A stretch of 63,470 nucleotides of DNA, the filler included, from Welwitschia mirabilis (taxonomy: Eukaryota): NCBI GenBank assembly GCA_051453625.1. It is 4 parts of one record of this genome, joined end to end, with 100 filler letters (N's around TTAATTAATTAA, not from the genome) between each part and the next. Parts side by side here need not be neighbours in the genome. Positions count along the whole stretch, not along the records: positions 30,324 to 59,822 come from JBOZIK010000001.1; 3 more parts are not named here. One strand, written 5' to 3'. Below are positions 37,995-51,000 of the stretch, one piece after another. Numbering within the stretch: the first letter of the stretch is position 1; each line of letters begins with the position of its first letter. Both the position numbers and the translations under genes were made by a program. A model generated the notes under the pieces. It saw nothing but the letters and a program-made list of their open reading frames with translations, did no database searches and was not told where the DNA came from.

Positions 37995-39872
37995 ATCACC
38001 TTTACTGCAAAATCTATCTCTTCCCCTTAGTCATTAAGCCCCCGAATGCTTTTAGCTAGATATTTAACCACTTCAACTAATACTTCTAAATCCTTTATTT
38101 CAAGACATTCAATCCTTTCTTCCTCTTAGTAATTTAGGATATGGCCTAATATATTTTTACATTGCCCCATAAGTATACTCTATCTACTACACCATAAAAT
38201 ATTATCTGAATCATATAAATAGATCTCAAGGTTTGGTTAAAAGCTCATGATTGATTTCATAAACAAGATGGCATGTCTCATTATACATAAACAAGATCCT
38301 ATTCCAAGTCCTTGAGACCTTGCACAAGTTGTAGGGGAGGTCTCTCATGCTTATAGGGAGTGAAAATGTCTTAGCAAAAACAATAAATATTTAAAACACT
38401 AGAAAAGGAGAACTATCCATTTTCCCCTAATACTTTAATTACTTAGGGTCAAGCCAATTAATTAACTATATTTGTTTGTAAAATCTAAAACTCTTGCATG
38501 TCTTAGCACCACCAACATTTACATTCAAACTTGGGATGAATTTACTTATAGTAGGCCTTGATTATTATTCTCTACTTAATCTTCTCTATAATCTGGCCAG
38601 GCATCATAAAGGTGCTTGTATAAGCATGGGCTACTGAACCTACAAGGGGAAAAAATAATTGAGCTAAAGTTAGGGTATATTCTATCTATGACTTATTGTT
38701 ACAGTTGGTAATATTATAAAAGAGCTTTAATGATATTCTTTTCTTTTTTTTGTTAGAATTATTAGGTGCCATAATTGATTAAGGGTTTTACTAGCTATAC
38801 CACCCTGACAAGTTAATTTGTAAACATTAGAAATAAGACATTAAAAGTGAGTCCATAAATAAAGTTTAGTTTAATCAAAAGGGTTGTACAAAGATTTGAA
38901 CACCGGACCTCTTGCCTTCCATCTTTTTACCATTCCAATAACAAACTTCACTATTACTGCTTCTTGTGTTATTATGCAATTACCTCATATAGCCTATGAT
39001 GTTGTCAACAATCAATTTTTTTTTTTTTTTCATTCAAATACAGGCGGCGTAAAAGATCATAAACACAAAATAGCATAAGATAAAAAGAAAACATCGCGAG
39101 GCGTAAACGTGGAGTTTTGTTTGGGTGATGCATTCAGCGCTGAGAGGAGGACGCTATCGTGGGGATTCTGCACACTACAACATGGAGGGGAGGAAACAGT
39201 GCGTAGCAGTCATGTTAAATGGTAATGACAATCCACAGAGTCAGAAGGGCGCAGCGCAGGCGGCCCAAGCAGAGACAAAGATGGTGTATCAGAGGGGTGG
39301 AGACCGTAGTGGCGGATCGGCGATAAGGGACGTGCGGGAAGAGTTCAGGCACTGCGATGGCTTTCTAGAGAGGCAGCAATGTGATGCGCAGGGTGAGACG
39401 CAGTGCAAATAAGGCTCAGTCAAGGGCATGGTGGAGGAGAAGAGGGAACACGGCAGGCAGAGCAACATGCAGTGCAGAACACACGTGCTGGCGAGAATTA
39501 ATATATAGGGCTTATGTAATAGAGAATTTAGTCCAACCAAAATTTTAAATATAATATAATTAATCGGTCAGCTACACATACTTTTATAATGAACCATTAT
39601 ATAGAGGTTCTTCTAGTTTTTATTTTTGTGCCTATAATTTATTTGTTTACATAAAATTTTTTATATGGAAGATGGAGCATAAGGTTTACAACTAAGAGGA
39701 TTTGAACCCTTGACCCTTTATCTAACTTCCCCTCAACTTAACCATTAAACTAGAACTATATTTAAAATAACATTTGCAAGGATTAATTAATAACTTAATA
39801 CTAATTGAAGCTTTTTTAAATACAAGCTATTGATAATAATCATTCCTTTTGTATAATCTACACATAACCTAG

Positions 39873-40535
39873 GCTCTGATACCAAAATGTAATGTTCTTA
39901 TTTTTGACACTCAAGTATGAAATAAACTTTTATTAATCAGCTGTTATCAATCTGATATAGCCATGTTAGCTTGGAATTATATCTACCATTTTATCTTTAA
40001 TCAAGTCAAAAATTATAACAAAATGCTCCCAAGACAATAATGTCCATTATATTATCTAGGAATTTGAACTCTTAACCTATTGTTTAACTCTTAGTTAATT
40101 AGGTCACTATGTTATACTTTTACATAATATTATAATAGATAATAGATAACTATAGTTTAACTAAAGTATGGTGAAATTAAACCATCTAAGATATACCATA
40201 TAGTTATATTTGTCAATCTACTCTTGTAAAAAGGAAGGGATTTGAACTTTAACAATAAGTTAACCACTCATACTACAATTATACTTAAGGTTATTGATAT
40301 AGTGAATAATAATTAACTATAATATGAACTACAAGTGCATCATATTGAATCATTAAAAGTGGTCTATCAGTATTAATGAATCTATAAGGTGTATGCATAA
40401 TACATTCTTTAGGTAACCTTACAAAGGGAAAAGATAACTTGCATATATAATTTTACCATCTAAGATTAAATAAACTCAAGACATACATATATAGAAATGT
40501 TCCTTATTTAATTTCAAATTCACCAAGTGTAAAAC
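39873..40535 (-). mobile_element. LTR 3' end with tRNA-iMet PBS (Tekay-like)
   Basis: Minus strand ...GAACATTACA ttt TGGTATCAGAGCCTAGGTT; PBS 39873-39884, LTR terminus at 39888; far boundary uncertain. Confidence 0.65.
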
Positions 40536-41578
40536 TGTAATATCCTAGATTTTAATGTAATGATTAGATCTTTAATCTTTTAAATTTCTTTTATTTAATT
40601 TTGTCTATATTGTTAGATTACAAATCCATAATGCTTCAAGAAAAGTTTACTGGATAAAAAAGGATAAAAGAGTTATGAAAATATGAATAAGATGAAAGTA
40701 GAAGTGAATCTATAAATAATAACATGTACTACTAGTAAAGGCTAATAAAAATATATTTAAAAAAAAGGGGATATATATATATATATATATTTCTTGATGC
40801 AGTTGTCAGATATTCAATTAGCAGGATGGAAAATCGCATAGGCATTAAAATCTCTTTGAAGTACTTCAAAATTTTGGAGGCAGCTGTTAGAATTGGCAGG
40901 TTTTTCAGAGGTTACAGAGGTAGAAATTAAAGGCCTCTAGCGATCTTCTTGAGTGTTTTTTTTTCCCTTCTCACGCAATGGCAGAGCCTGGGGTGATAGG
41001 TTCTAGACTGTAGTCCATTGCTTACATTCTCAAGCTGAGGACACAAAAGATGGGACGTGATTAAGAATTAATGAGTGCAATTAAGATGAGGAGTTTTATC
41101 TGTAGCATATCTTCTTTCTTATTTTACTCATTGCGCTCCTTTTGTACCATGAAATAACAAGAGGGACTGAGAAAAAAGTGAAGCAAAAGGAAAGCCTTGA
41201 AATTTGGCACTATGATCTCTAGCCACAGCATATGCCTTTGGGGGAGCCATAGAAAGGCCCTCGAGATGCCAACAACTCAGTGTTTTTGGCCTCCGTTTGT
41301 GTTTATGTGGTTCCAACTGTGGGAAAACAAGATGAAATAGAAGTTTCAGAAGCGCGCAGGTTGATAGGGCCATGGGAAGCAACGCATGGTAGTGCTTGAG
41401 GGCACGCTAGAGAGGACTACTAGGCAACGGTGTTGTCTGAAGGGAGAATCTACCAGTTTCTATTTGGAATAGTCAAGCAATATACAATAGAAGCAGAGGA
41501 AAGAATTTAAAACATAGAATTAACCAGGCATGAAATTCACTCACAACAACAGGATTCTACACCTTGTAAAGCCCATTT
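40536..41578 (+). mobile_element. Probable LTR start of a relative of the 2238 family, followed by gene-like sequence
   Basis: tgtaatatcctagattttaatgta resembles tgtaatactccaatttttaatgta; an AT-rich stretch, then (TA)n at ~40771, then GC-richer sequence. Confidence 0.4.
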
Positions 41579-41678
41579 NNNNNNNNNNNNNNNNNNNNNN
41601 NNNNNNNNNNNNNNNNNNNNNNNNNNNNNNNNNNNNNNNNNNNNNNNNNNNNNNNNNNNNNNNNNNNNNNNNNNNNNN

Positions 41679-44600
41679 ACAAAGTTTATATTAAGAGTAA
41701 TAAAGCATTTAGATTACAAAACAGTTGGGCCTCAATGGAGGATACATAGCCCTCTACCAAGGGAATGTCTTTTTACAATACTTAAGATAGATCTCTTATC
41801 CTTTAATCTCCTATCATGAGAATTTCTAGTGTAAGAAAGATAGATAGAAGAGTTGAAGAGGATTTTATTTATAACAAAACATAGCAAAAAATGTCAAATA
41901 AGGGGCATTTTAAGATGCACCATTTTACATAAAAGAAAAAGACAAAATAGTTAAAAGTTAGCTATTAGAGTTAGTTATATGTTAATGTCATCCTATTAGG
42001 TCATCTAAACAATGAAGGGAACAATATCTCATCATAAAAGTTGACTCAATAGTTGATTCATTAGATAACTCAGCAGTCCATATCAGCTATCATCATCCTA
42101 CCTATTAGGTAGACAATAAAGGGGATGACAATCTTCTTTAATGATTTTCTTAAGGCGAAACTTAGCATTTCTATTAGTAAGCTTCCTCTAAATCTATATG
42201 CATTAGAATGGGCCTTAAATACATCAAATATAAATAAGAATTATACATTTCTAAGATCTTCTATTGAATCTTTAAAATCCTTAGAATTGTATCTAAACTT
42301 GTATAAAAGTCCTGCAAAATAGCTCATAAAACCTCATCAAATAACCACAAATTAGCAGTGCAACTTAACCCCCATTTTAGTCTTTATCAGTCCCTAACAA
42401 AAACTAGAGGAAAAACCATAATTATGAGCTAATTTTTCTTACAAAAATTAATCTAGAAATTTTTAAAATATTCTCATAAAACACATCACATAGCAAAATA
42501 ACATGTAATACATAATATGTATGAAAAATTTTAAAATTTTATCTCATGAAAATTCTGACATAAGTTAAAAATCTTTGAAAATGAGCCATAAAAATGGATT
42601 CCTAAATGAGCTATGAAAATGGATCCCTCCCCTTCTTTAGAAAAGCAATATGTCCTATATTGAAAAGTAAAACAAAGAAACTAGATGAAAGTGAAAAGGC
42701 AGATAATGGATAAATAAAAATTAGAGAACTCTCAAAATAAAGTGAAAAACTAAGTAAAGAAATGTTAGACTTGAAAGATAGGGATTATAAAATATCCTCA
42801 AAGTAAACTTTTTGTTATAAAAATGACTATGAGAAGCATTAAAAAATTAAAATACTAAAAATAAACACCACAAATTTTATTAATATAACGCATCTAAGTA
42901 ATAAATTAACTTTTTATTAGAAACTTGAATAAGGAAAACATGTTACGAAAATATGGTAATAACTTTAAAATGATTAATCAAAAAACAAAAGAAAATAGAA
43001 AGAATGGAAATAAGATAACATTAATAAAAGGTAGCTCACCTATCTAACATTTTAACCTAAAAAACTCTCATGAAAGAAATCATAACATCACTTGATTTTA
43101 AGAATGCATAACTAAATATATAAAGAATTCCTTTCAATAAGGAAGTGATAATGATGATGCTAAAGAGAAAATTCTTTAAACAATGAATGATTAGAACAAA
43201 TAATTGCTCAAAAAATAAAATCACCTGCTAACATCTCGAGGCAAACACCTAAATCTCAAAAAATGAAATGACCATGTGGAAAGATGAAAAGTCTAGGGAA
43301 CAAGCAATGCATCTGATGTTACCAGGAACACCACTAATTCCATAGCCTTAAAGTTTATTACAATTTTATTATCCATAATAAGGGGAGTTCAACCATAGTA
43401 AAAAAAAGTAAGGACCCATAAAGAATAGTCAACTGACCTCCTAGTGGAGTTCCCAAAGCTACCATATTACACTGCCAAAGGCTTCTCTTAGAAATATTTG
43501 CCTTAGTGTACTTGCGGTAGGACATCATGGTGACCATGTTTTTAAGATAGTATAGGTATAAAACATCATGGTTTGATTTTACTATTTTTTTTTTAATTTT
43601 TGTTTTGACAAAGATGAAGTCACAAGATGGAGACAGAAAAGAACACTCTTAAATAATCTAAGACCTTTTTACCATTAAGTAAAATAGTAAAAATAAATCA
43701 TCTTCCTTCAAACTAGAGTTAATAGATGTTTGAGTGCCTTAAGATTGAATGAATCTAATCTTACCACTGTAAAATATCCAAGTCAAAAACTAGTCATGAG
43801 AATAAATAGTTTGAAAGATGAACAAGTAATGTCATAATGACCTCCAAAGAAAAAGAGCTAAGAGAAAATTCAGTTGCACAATTAATTCCAACTTATGCCT
43901 ATTAACATCTTGAAATTCTTAAGTAGTCAAGTCAGAAATCTCAACAGAGTCATAAAAATGTATTTTCTACAAAATAACAAAAAACTAAAATTAATCAAAA
44001 CTAATTGTCATCCTACTTATCATCTAGATGATAAAGAGGACGATGAAGATAGGAAAAAGAAATAGAATTAAAAAACTTGTGAAAAAACTAAAGATAAAAA
44101 CTATCATCCTATTTGTCATCTAGATGATAGAGGAAACAACATAATATTATTAGAAAAATAGAAAACACAAACTATAAATAGAAACAAAAACTAAAAGCAA
44201 AAAATAAAAACTAGAATTATCAAAACATAAGAATGAAAATTAAAATCAAAGAAACTATGAAAGAAAAATATCAAAATATTAAGACAAGTAAATTTTAATC
44301 AAGTACTAAAATCTAACTCGCACTTTTATTAAAAAGAAAGAAAGAAAGAAATAAAGAAAAAGAAAGATGATCTCAAGATATTGTATTCTTTCAAAGAAAT
44401 AATGTCTAAACCAAATGTTAACCAATTGATAAAACATGAAAGGTATGAAATCATTTTGAAGTAAAATCAATTAAAGAAACAAGAATAAAAGGTAAAACTT
44501 TAATAGCACAAATTTTATAATTCAAATAAGAGATAAAGAAGTGATAACTCTCATTGAAAAATAATCTCTTATGAAAACTTTATAAATCTTGAGAATAATT

Positions 44601-47600
44601 GTGAAAGGCATATGAGAAGTGACTCAAAGAAATTTTCTAAGATTATTTTGAAGGTTTTTGAAAAATTTTTAGCTCAAGACATGGATTCTTAATAAGACAA
44701 GGCTTTTTCCAATTTGCATAAACACATGAAATTTTATTTCCACAAGAATTATCAATAAGACATGAGATTAAAAATTTAGATAACCCATGGAAAAACATTC
44801 TTTATTAAACTAATGATTTAAAGGATTTGAAACATAAAATGCATTTAGATCTTGATATTAAACATGAGAGGAATTATTTAATGATCTAAGGATTTGTAAG
44901 AAACTTCTTAAGATGAGAGATCAATATAGGTTTTACATACCTAAGAATCTCTTTAATATTTAATTTTAAACATGCATTGAGATCATGAAGGTATGGTTTT
45001 TCCCAATTAAGAGTTTTAAGATATACCAAATTTTATTTTTAAAAAGGATAATCATTGGAAGAACAAGGTAGAATTGGCTTTGTAAATAAGAAAAAGATAT
45101 TACTTTTTACACATAAAGTTTTTAAATGAAGATATTAGGATATTTTTGAAGTTAAGTCCTCAATATGATGTTTCTTATTACTTTTAAGGATAAGGATGTT
45201 ACTTGTTTTTATTCTTTCTTTATTAAACATATCTTCCTCTTCTTTTTTATTAATTATATCCTGATCTTATTGTTAATTTTTTTTGAAGATCATTTTTCTT
45301 TTCTAAGTTGGTGAATTCCTCAAAAAATCATTAGACAAATTATAGAAAGGAAAATTATTACTATTTTTATTATGTGATGAAATATGTTCTAATGTTTCTT
45401 AGTTTGACTCCTCTTTCTCTCTAAATAATTCTGTTGACTCTAAACTGTAATCCTCATTTGAGATGAGTTAATTCTTTTCCATTAATTTAGTTTTAATGCC
45501 TATCTCTATTAATCTCAAAATTTAATCTTTCATTAATGGTAGAATTTCTTCATCTTTACAAAGCATGTAAAATAAGGGATATGATCTAATATTTTAATTT
45601 CATCATTATCTTCTTCTTCATGATTCTCCTCATCTTATTACATGTTATCATCTTCATTAGAAAGGGATATGTGATCCTTACCTTTATAGATTAAAATTTT
45701 TTTAGATTTTTCATTAATGTATTCTTCATATAGTAAATAGATTTTAGGAATATAATTTAATACCTCAACATCATTATTTAATAAATGGTTATCTTCATCT
45801 TCATTATTGAAAGATAAAGTTGAATTGTTGTTGTCTCTCCTTTGCTCATCACCTAATGGGTAAGATGTTGAACATTGATCCAAAAATCTATTCTCTATTT
45901 AAAAGTAAGAATCATTATTATTTATTTCTAAGTTTTTCTTATTTTCCTTAAGGTAAGATGTAGAAGGATAGATTTGAGAATTTTGCATTAGAAGTACTTG
46001 TTAAAGGATCTCAACCATATTTTCTATTTTTTTATTATTATTTACTTGGTTCTCTATTATTGTGTCCATTATTTCTTTCATTGGATCATTTTGTTCACTA
46101 TATTAATTAATGGAAGATGGTTCTTCTTCATAGTAATGCATGGATATGGATGGGATAAATAAAAGTGATTGTATAAGGTTGAATCCCTAAGATTTTCATT
46201 GTTATTCTTGTATGGATTTTTAAAATGAAAGGGGGAATAATAAGATGGTTAAAAAGAGGAATGGGCTCAATCCCTAATCTCAACACCTCTTCATATTTTT
46301 ATCCCTCTTTCTGCAAAACATTTTTGAAGTGTTTTCTTACTATTATTCTTAAAGTTTTTCAAAATTTTCCTTCTTTCATCAAAACTTTTCTTAAGAATAT
46401 TTTATTCATGTTTTGTGAAGAGTGGGAAAAAAGGAATCTAATTTAAGATGAAGAAAAGTACTTAGAGATGGTTGACTTTTTCTTTCTTTAATGTTTTTAA
46501 AAAAATGAACTTGGAAAAAAAAATTATATGCACTTGGATATTGTGTTCTTGGTTTTACTTTAAAGCCAGCAATCCTTCTTTTGATACTTCCTTCTAGTAG
46601 TAACCATTTTTCTCTAATAAGCCTCTTTCTATAATGACCATACCATAGTATCCTACAAATAAAACATAATAGAAAATAAATCAAAAACAATAATGTCATC
46701 CTATCTATCACAGGAATGACAGAGGGGATGACACACATAGAAACTAGAAAATAGAAATAAAATAGAAACTTATAAACTAGAAAAATAATGTTGTTGTTCT
46801 CTGGATTATCCAAACAACAAAGAAATGACAGGGATGATTTATTATAAAAAATAAAAAATAAAAAAATCAAAATCAAAACTAAAAAACTACAAACAAAACT
46901 TAACATTTCTAATAAAAATACAACATTGCTACAAATAAGTAACTAAATGAAAATTCAATATACTCATCTAAATGATGGCAACTTTTGTACTCTTCAATAG
47001 CCTTCCCTAGCAATAGCACCAACTTGTTGTGGTATGTATTTGTACAAGTCTTATACTAAAAAAGGATCTTATCTGTTATAATAAAAATAGATTTCTTACC
47101 TAATACATCATACTAGTATAGTTGGGAGTTAACCCAAATGCCATATTCTCGTTTAAAGGCTATGAGATGAAATATGAATTACTTTTATAAAAGAAAATGA
47201 AAACCAAAGATAAAGAACAATGTAGAAAATAAAGTATAATGCAAATACAAGATGTACCCTAATCTAATATGCAATGCAAAATGATCCTAATACTACTTGC
47301 TTTCAGCCTTGATAAAGGCTGCCCTTGACGATCTATATCATCCAAGAAATTGTCATTAGATCAAGGGAAACAAATTTTATATTAAGCATAACAAAGAATC
47401 TATGTTACAAAACAGTTAGGCCTTAATGGTGGATACACAGTCCTTCACCAAGAGAACATCTTTCTGCAACAGTCGAAATGGACCTCTACCCTTCGATCTC
47501 CTGTCATAAGAATTTCTAGTGCAACAAAAATAGATAGAAGATTAAAGAGGATCTTATTTATAATAAAACATAGTAAAAATAATAAATAAGAGGTGCTACA

Positions 47601-48052
47601 AGACACGCACTTTTACATAAAAAAAATGAACAAAATAGTTAAGGTTCAGTTGTTAGAGTTGGTTATATGTCAGTGTCATCCTATTACATCATCTAAACAA
47701 TAAAGGAAATAACAAATCATCACAAAAGTTAACTCAATAAGTGATTCATTAAATAACTCAGTAGTCCATGTTAACTGTTATCATCTAGCTTACTATCTAG
47801 ATGAAAGAGAGGTGATGATCTTCTTTAATTATTTTCTTGAGGAGAAACTTAGAATTTCTATTAGTAATATTCCTCTAAATCTCTATGCATTTTAATGTAA
47901 CTTAAATACATCAAATCTAGGTAAGAATTACACATTTCTAATATCTTCTATTAAATCTTTAAAATCCTCAAAATTGCATTTAAACTTATGTAAAAGTCCT
48001 ACAAAGTAGCTCATAAAACCTCATCAAATAATCACAAATTGGTAGCACAATA
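41679..48052 (-). mobile_element. Near-complete non-autonomous Athila-like element (3' LTR 41679-42365, PPT 42366-42380, PBS 47004-47021, 5' LTR 47025-48052)
   Basis: Two homologous LTRs; PBS TGGTGCTATTGCTAGGGA on minus (deaminated TGGCGCCGTTGCCGGGGA); the 4.7-kb interior has no recognisable pol motifs. Confidence 0.85.
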
Positions 48053-51000
48053 GGAACATTTGCGAGGAAGGTAACAAGGTCTATAGTAACCCTAATCCTC
48101 ATCCCTAGAATAAGGGTTATTAAGGTAGAAGATTTAGCATCAAAAGAGGAATTATAATAAAACATTCTAGTGAGAAAAGAGTAGGCTGACCCTTAGACAT
48201 TAAGAAAGTGAGACAAATCAAGCTTATGCAAGAGTCTTACCACATCTCTGAGTTCCTTTAGCTCTCCAAAACTAACAAGCCTTTTTTGATAAATAAGCTT
48301 TATCTCAAACTTCTTTGTGAACTTGTCTAAAGCCTTATTTCATTTTCTGAAGTAAAAATACCCTACATCTTTACTTGTTGACTCCTTCTAATATTTCTTG
48401 AAAGATCCTTTATTAGTTGAAATAATTTGGTACTTACTAAAGACAAAAGAACTTAATAAAGATAGCTAGATCTAAGAGAGATAAGTGGTCAAGTATAAAT
48501 AGAAAAAGATATGGCTCCACAAGATTTTATAAAGGAGGTCAATTAAGTCATATTTAAGAAAAACATCAGGTCCACTACCTTAACTTCTACACTCTAACCC
48601 TATAGGTCTAGTTGATGAGGTTATGATCTAGTTAACCCAATGAAACTTAGATTACAAAACTTTTAGATTCGGTCAATTAGATTAAAAGACTGGTCAATTC
48701 AACTAGATTTAGGTTGATTTGGGAAAGACTAGAAAACCATATGAAAATGTAATTAATTAATCAGATCTAATGAATCAAATATAATATTTGATTAACCATT
48801 TTGCCTTAAATTAAAGTATGAAGAGATAACTCTTAGTTTATTATGAAGTCTTAGAAAGTTATCAAAGTTTATGGGTTTTGTAAAAATATCCCCAAGCTAT
48901 CTATTAGTGTTAATAAAATTTATTAAAATGTTGGCCTTTTTAACTTGTTCTATAAAAAGTGATTTTTTTATTTAATGTGTTTAGTTCTATAATGTTAAAC
49001 AGGGTTCTTTGATATATTAATTACATGGTGTATTATCACAGAAGATTGGAACTTGTTCAAAATATACTCCAAAGTCTTTTAGCATTTCTTGCATTTAAAG
49101 AAGATGTGTATAATAACTCCTTGCTATTATATACAATTCTTTTGTTATGGAAATGAAGATAGAGTTTTTCTTTTTAATTGCTCATCCTACTAAGAATGAT
49201 CTTAAAACAAAGCAATTACAACTAGTTCTTTTCCTATCATCTTTACACCAATCCTAATCTGCATCACGAAGCCTATAAGATCAAAATATGTTTCTATAGA
49301 ATACCATAATCTATGTTCACTTGTATCTTTTATGTATTTTATGATCTTTTAATAACTTAAAGGTGTGATTCTTTTGGTTGAGTTTGATATCTATTATACA
49401 TGGCAATACTAAACTTTATATCAGATCTACTTGCAGTTAGATATAATAGTCTTCTTATCATGCTTCTATAAAGTTTTTGACCTATATATTTTTCATGTTC
49501 ATCAAGATTAATCTTACAAGAAGTTAACATAGATGTGTCAATTGATTTTACATTTACTAGATAAAATCATTTAATCAAATTCCCTGTGTTATTAGATTAA
49601 CATATGAAAATTCCATGTTTTGTTTTTTTGATTTGAAAACCAAGAAACATATGAACTTCATCAATAATACTCATTTCAAAATTTATTGTCATAACACTAG
49701 AAAATTATTTGAGAGAACTCCATTTGAGGCTCGAAAAATTATTTCATCTACATAAATTTGAATGATAGTAAAGTCCTTTTTTAGATTTTTAAAAAATAAC
49801 ATTTTATTCATAGGTTCATGAGTATAACCATTTTCATTGAGAAATGTAGTTAGGTTTTTATACCAAGCCCTTAGAGCTTGTTTTAATCTACATAAGGTCA
49901 TTTTAAGTCTGTACACATGGTTTGGTTTGTATGAATCTATAAACCCTTATGGTTCTTCTACATAAAATTCATTGTTAAGTGTTCCATTTAGAAAGGTACT
50001 TTTTAGATCTATTTGATAAACTTTAATATTTTTAAAAGTTTCATAAGATAGAAACACTCTAATACTATCTAGCCTAGCTATAGGAGAAAAAGTATTACCT
50101 ATATTTATTCCTTCAACTTGGTTGTAATCTTGTACCAGTAATCTTACTTATTCTTATTTATATTATCTTGTTCATCACACTTGTTCTTGAAAATTTATTT
50201 TGTTTCAATAACATTTCAATCATTTAGTATTTTAACAAGTTTCCACACATTATTTCTTTTGAATTATTAGAGCTCATCTTGCATAGCCATCATCCATTCT
50301 TTTTGAGATTCTACCTCCTCAATCATTTTAGATTCAATTTGAGAGACATAACAAATCTAAGCACAAAACTTTTTAAAAGAGTTTCTTTTTCAAATTTTTG
50401 AGCTAACATCTCAAATGATGAATCCTAAANNNNNNNNNNNNNNNNNNNNNNNNNNNNNNNNNNNNNNNNNNNNNNNNNNNNNNNNNNNNNNNNNNNNNNN
50501 NNNNNNNNNNNNNNNNNNNNNNNNNNNNNAGCACAAAACTTTTTAAAAGAGTTTCTTGTTCAAATTTTTGAGCTAACATCTCAAATGATGAATCCTAAAG
50601 GATGATCTTTTATCTCTTTAAAATTTTTGAAAGTAATTTCTTGAGTTGACTCTTCTTGCTTTTTAGTTAATACTTCTATTATTGTGGGACTTCTTGGAGT
50701 TAAGTATTCTTCATCATTTAAAGGAAGAAGTGTTGTTTTAAAAACATCTATTTGCACATTTATAGATTCTTCCACTATTAAACTTCTTTTGTTAAACACT
50801 TGATAGGATCTACATCTAGTTGAGTATCCTAAAAAGATTGCTTTATTAGCTTTCAACTCAAATTTACTCAAGTGTTCTCTATCTTTTAATACAAAGAACT
50901 TACTTTCAAAGACTTTAAAATATAAAACATTTGGTTCTTTTATCCTTTCTAATGTTCATAGAGAGTCTTATTCATTCTTGGTCTTAGGTGGAAATTGTTT

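Noticed and set aside
39698-39752. Functional tRNA gene
   Set aside because: A and B boxes are present, but no convincing acceptor or anticodon stems could be formed by eye.
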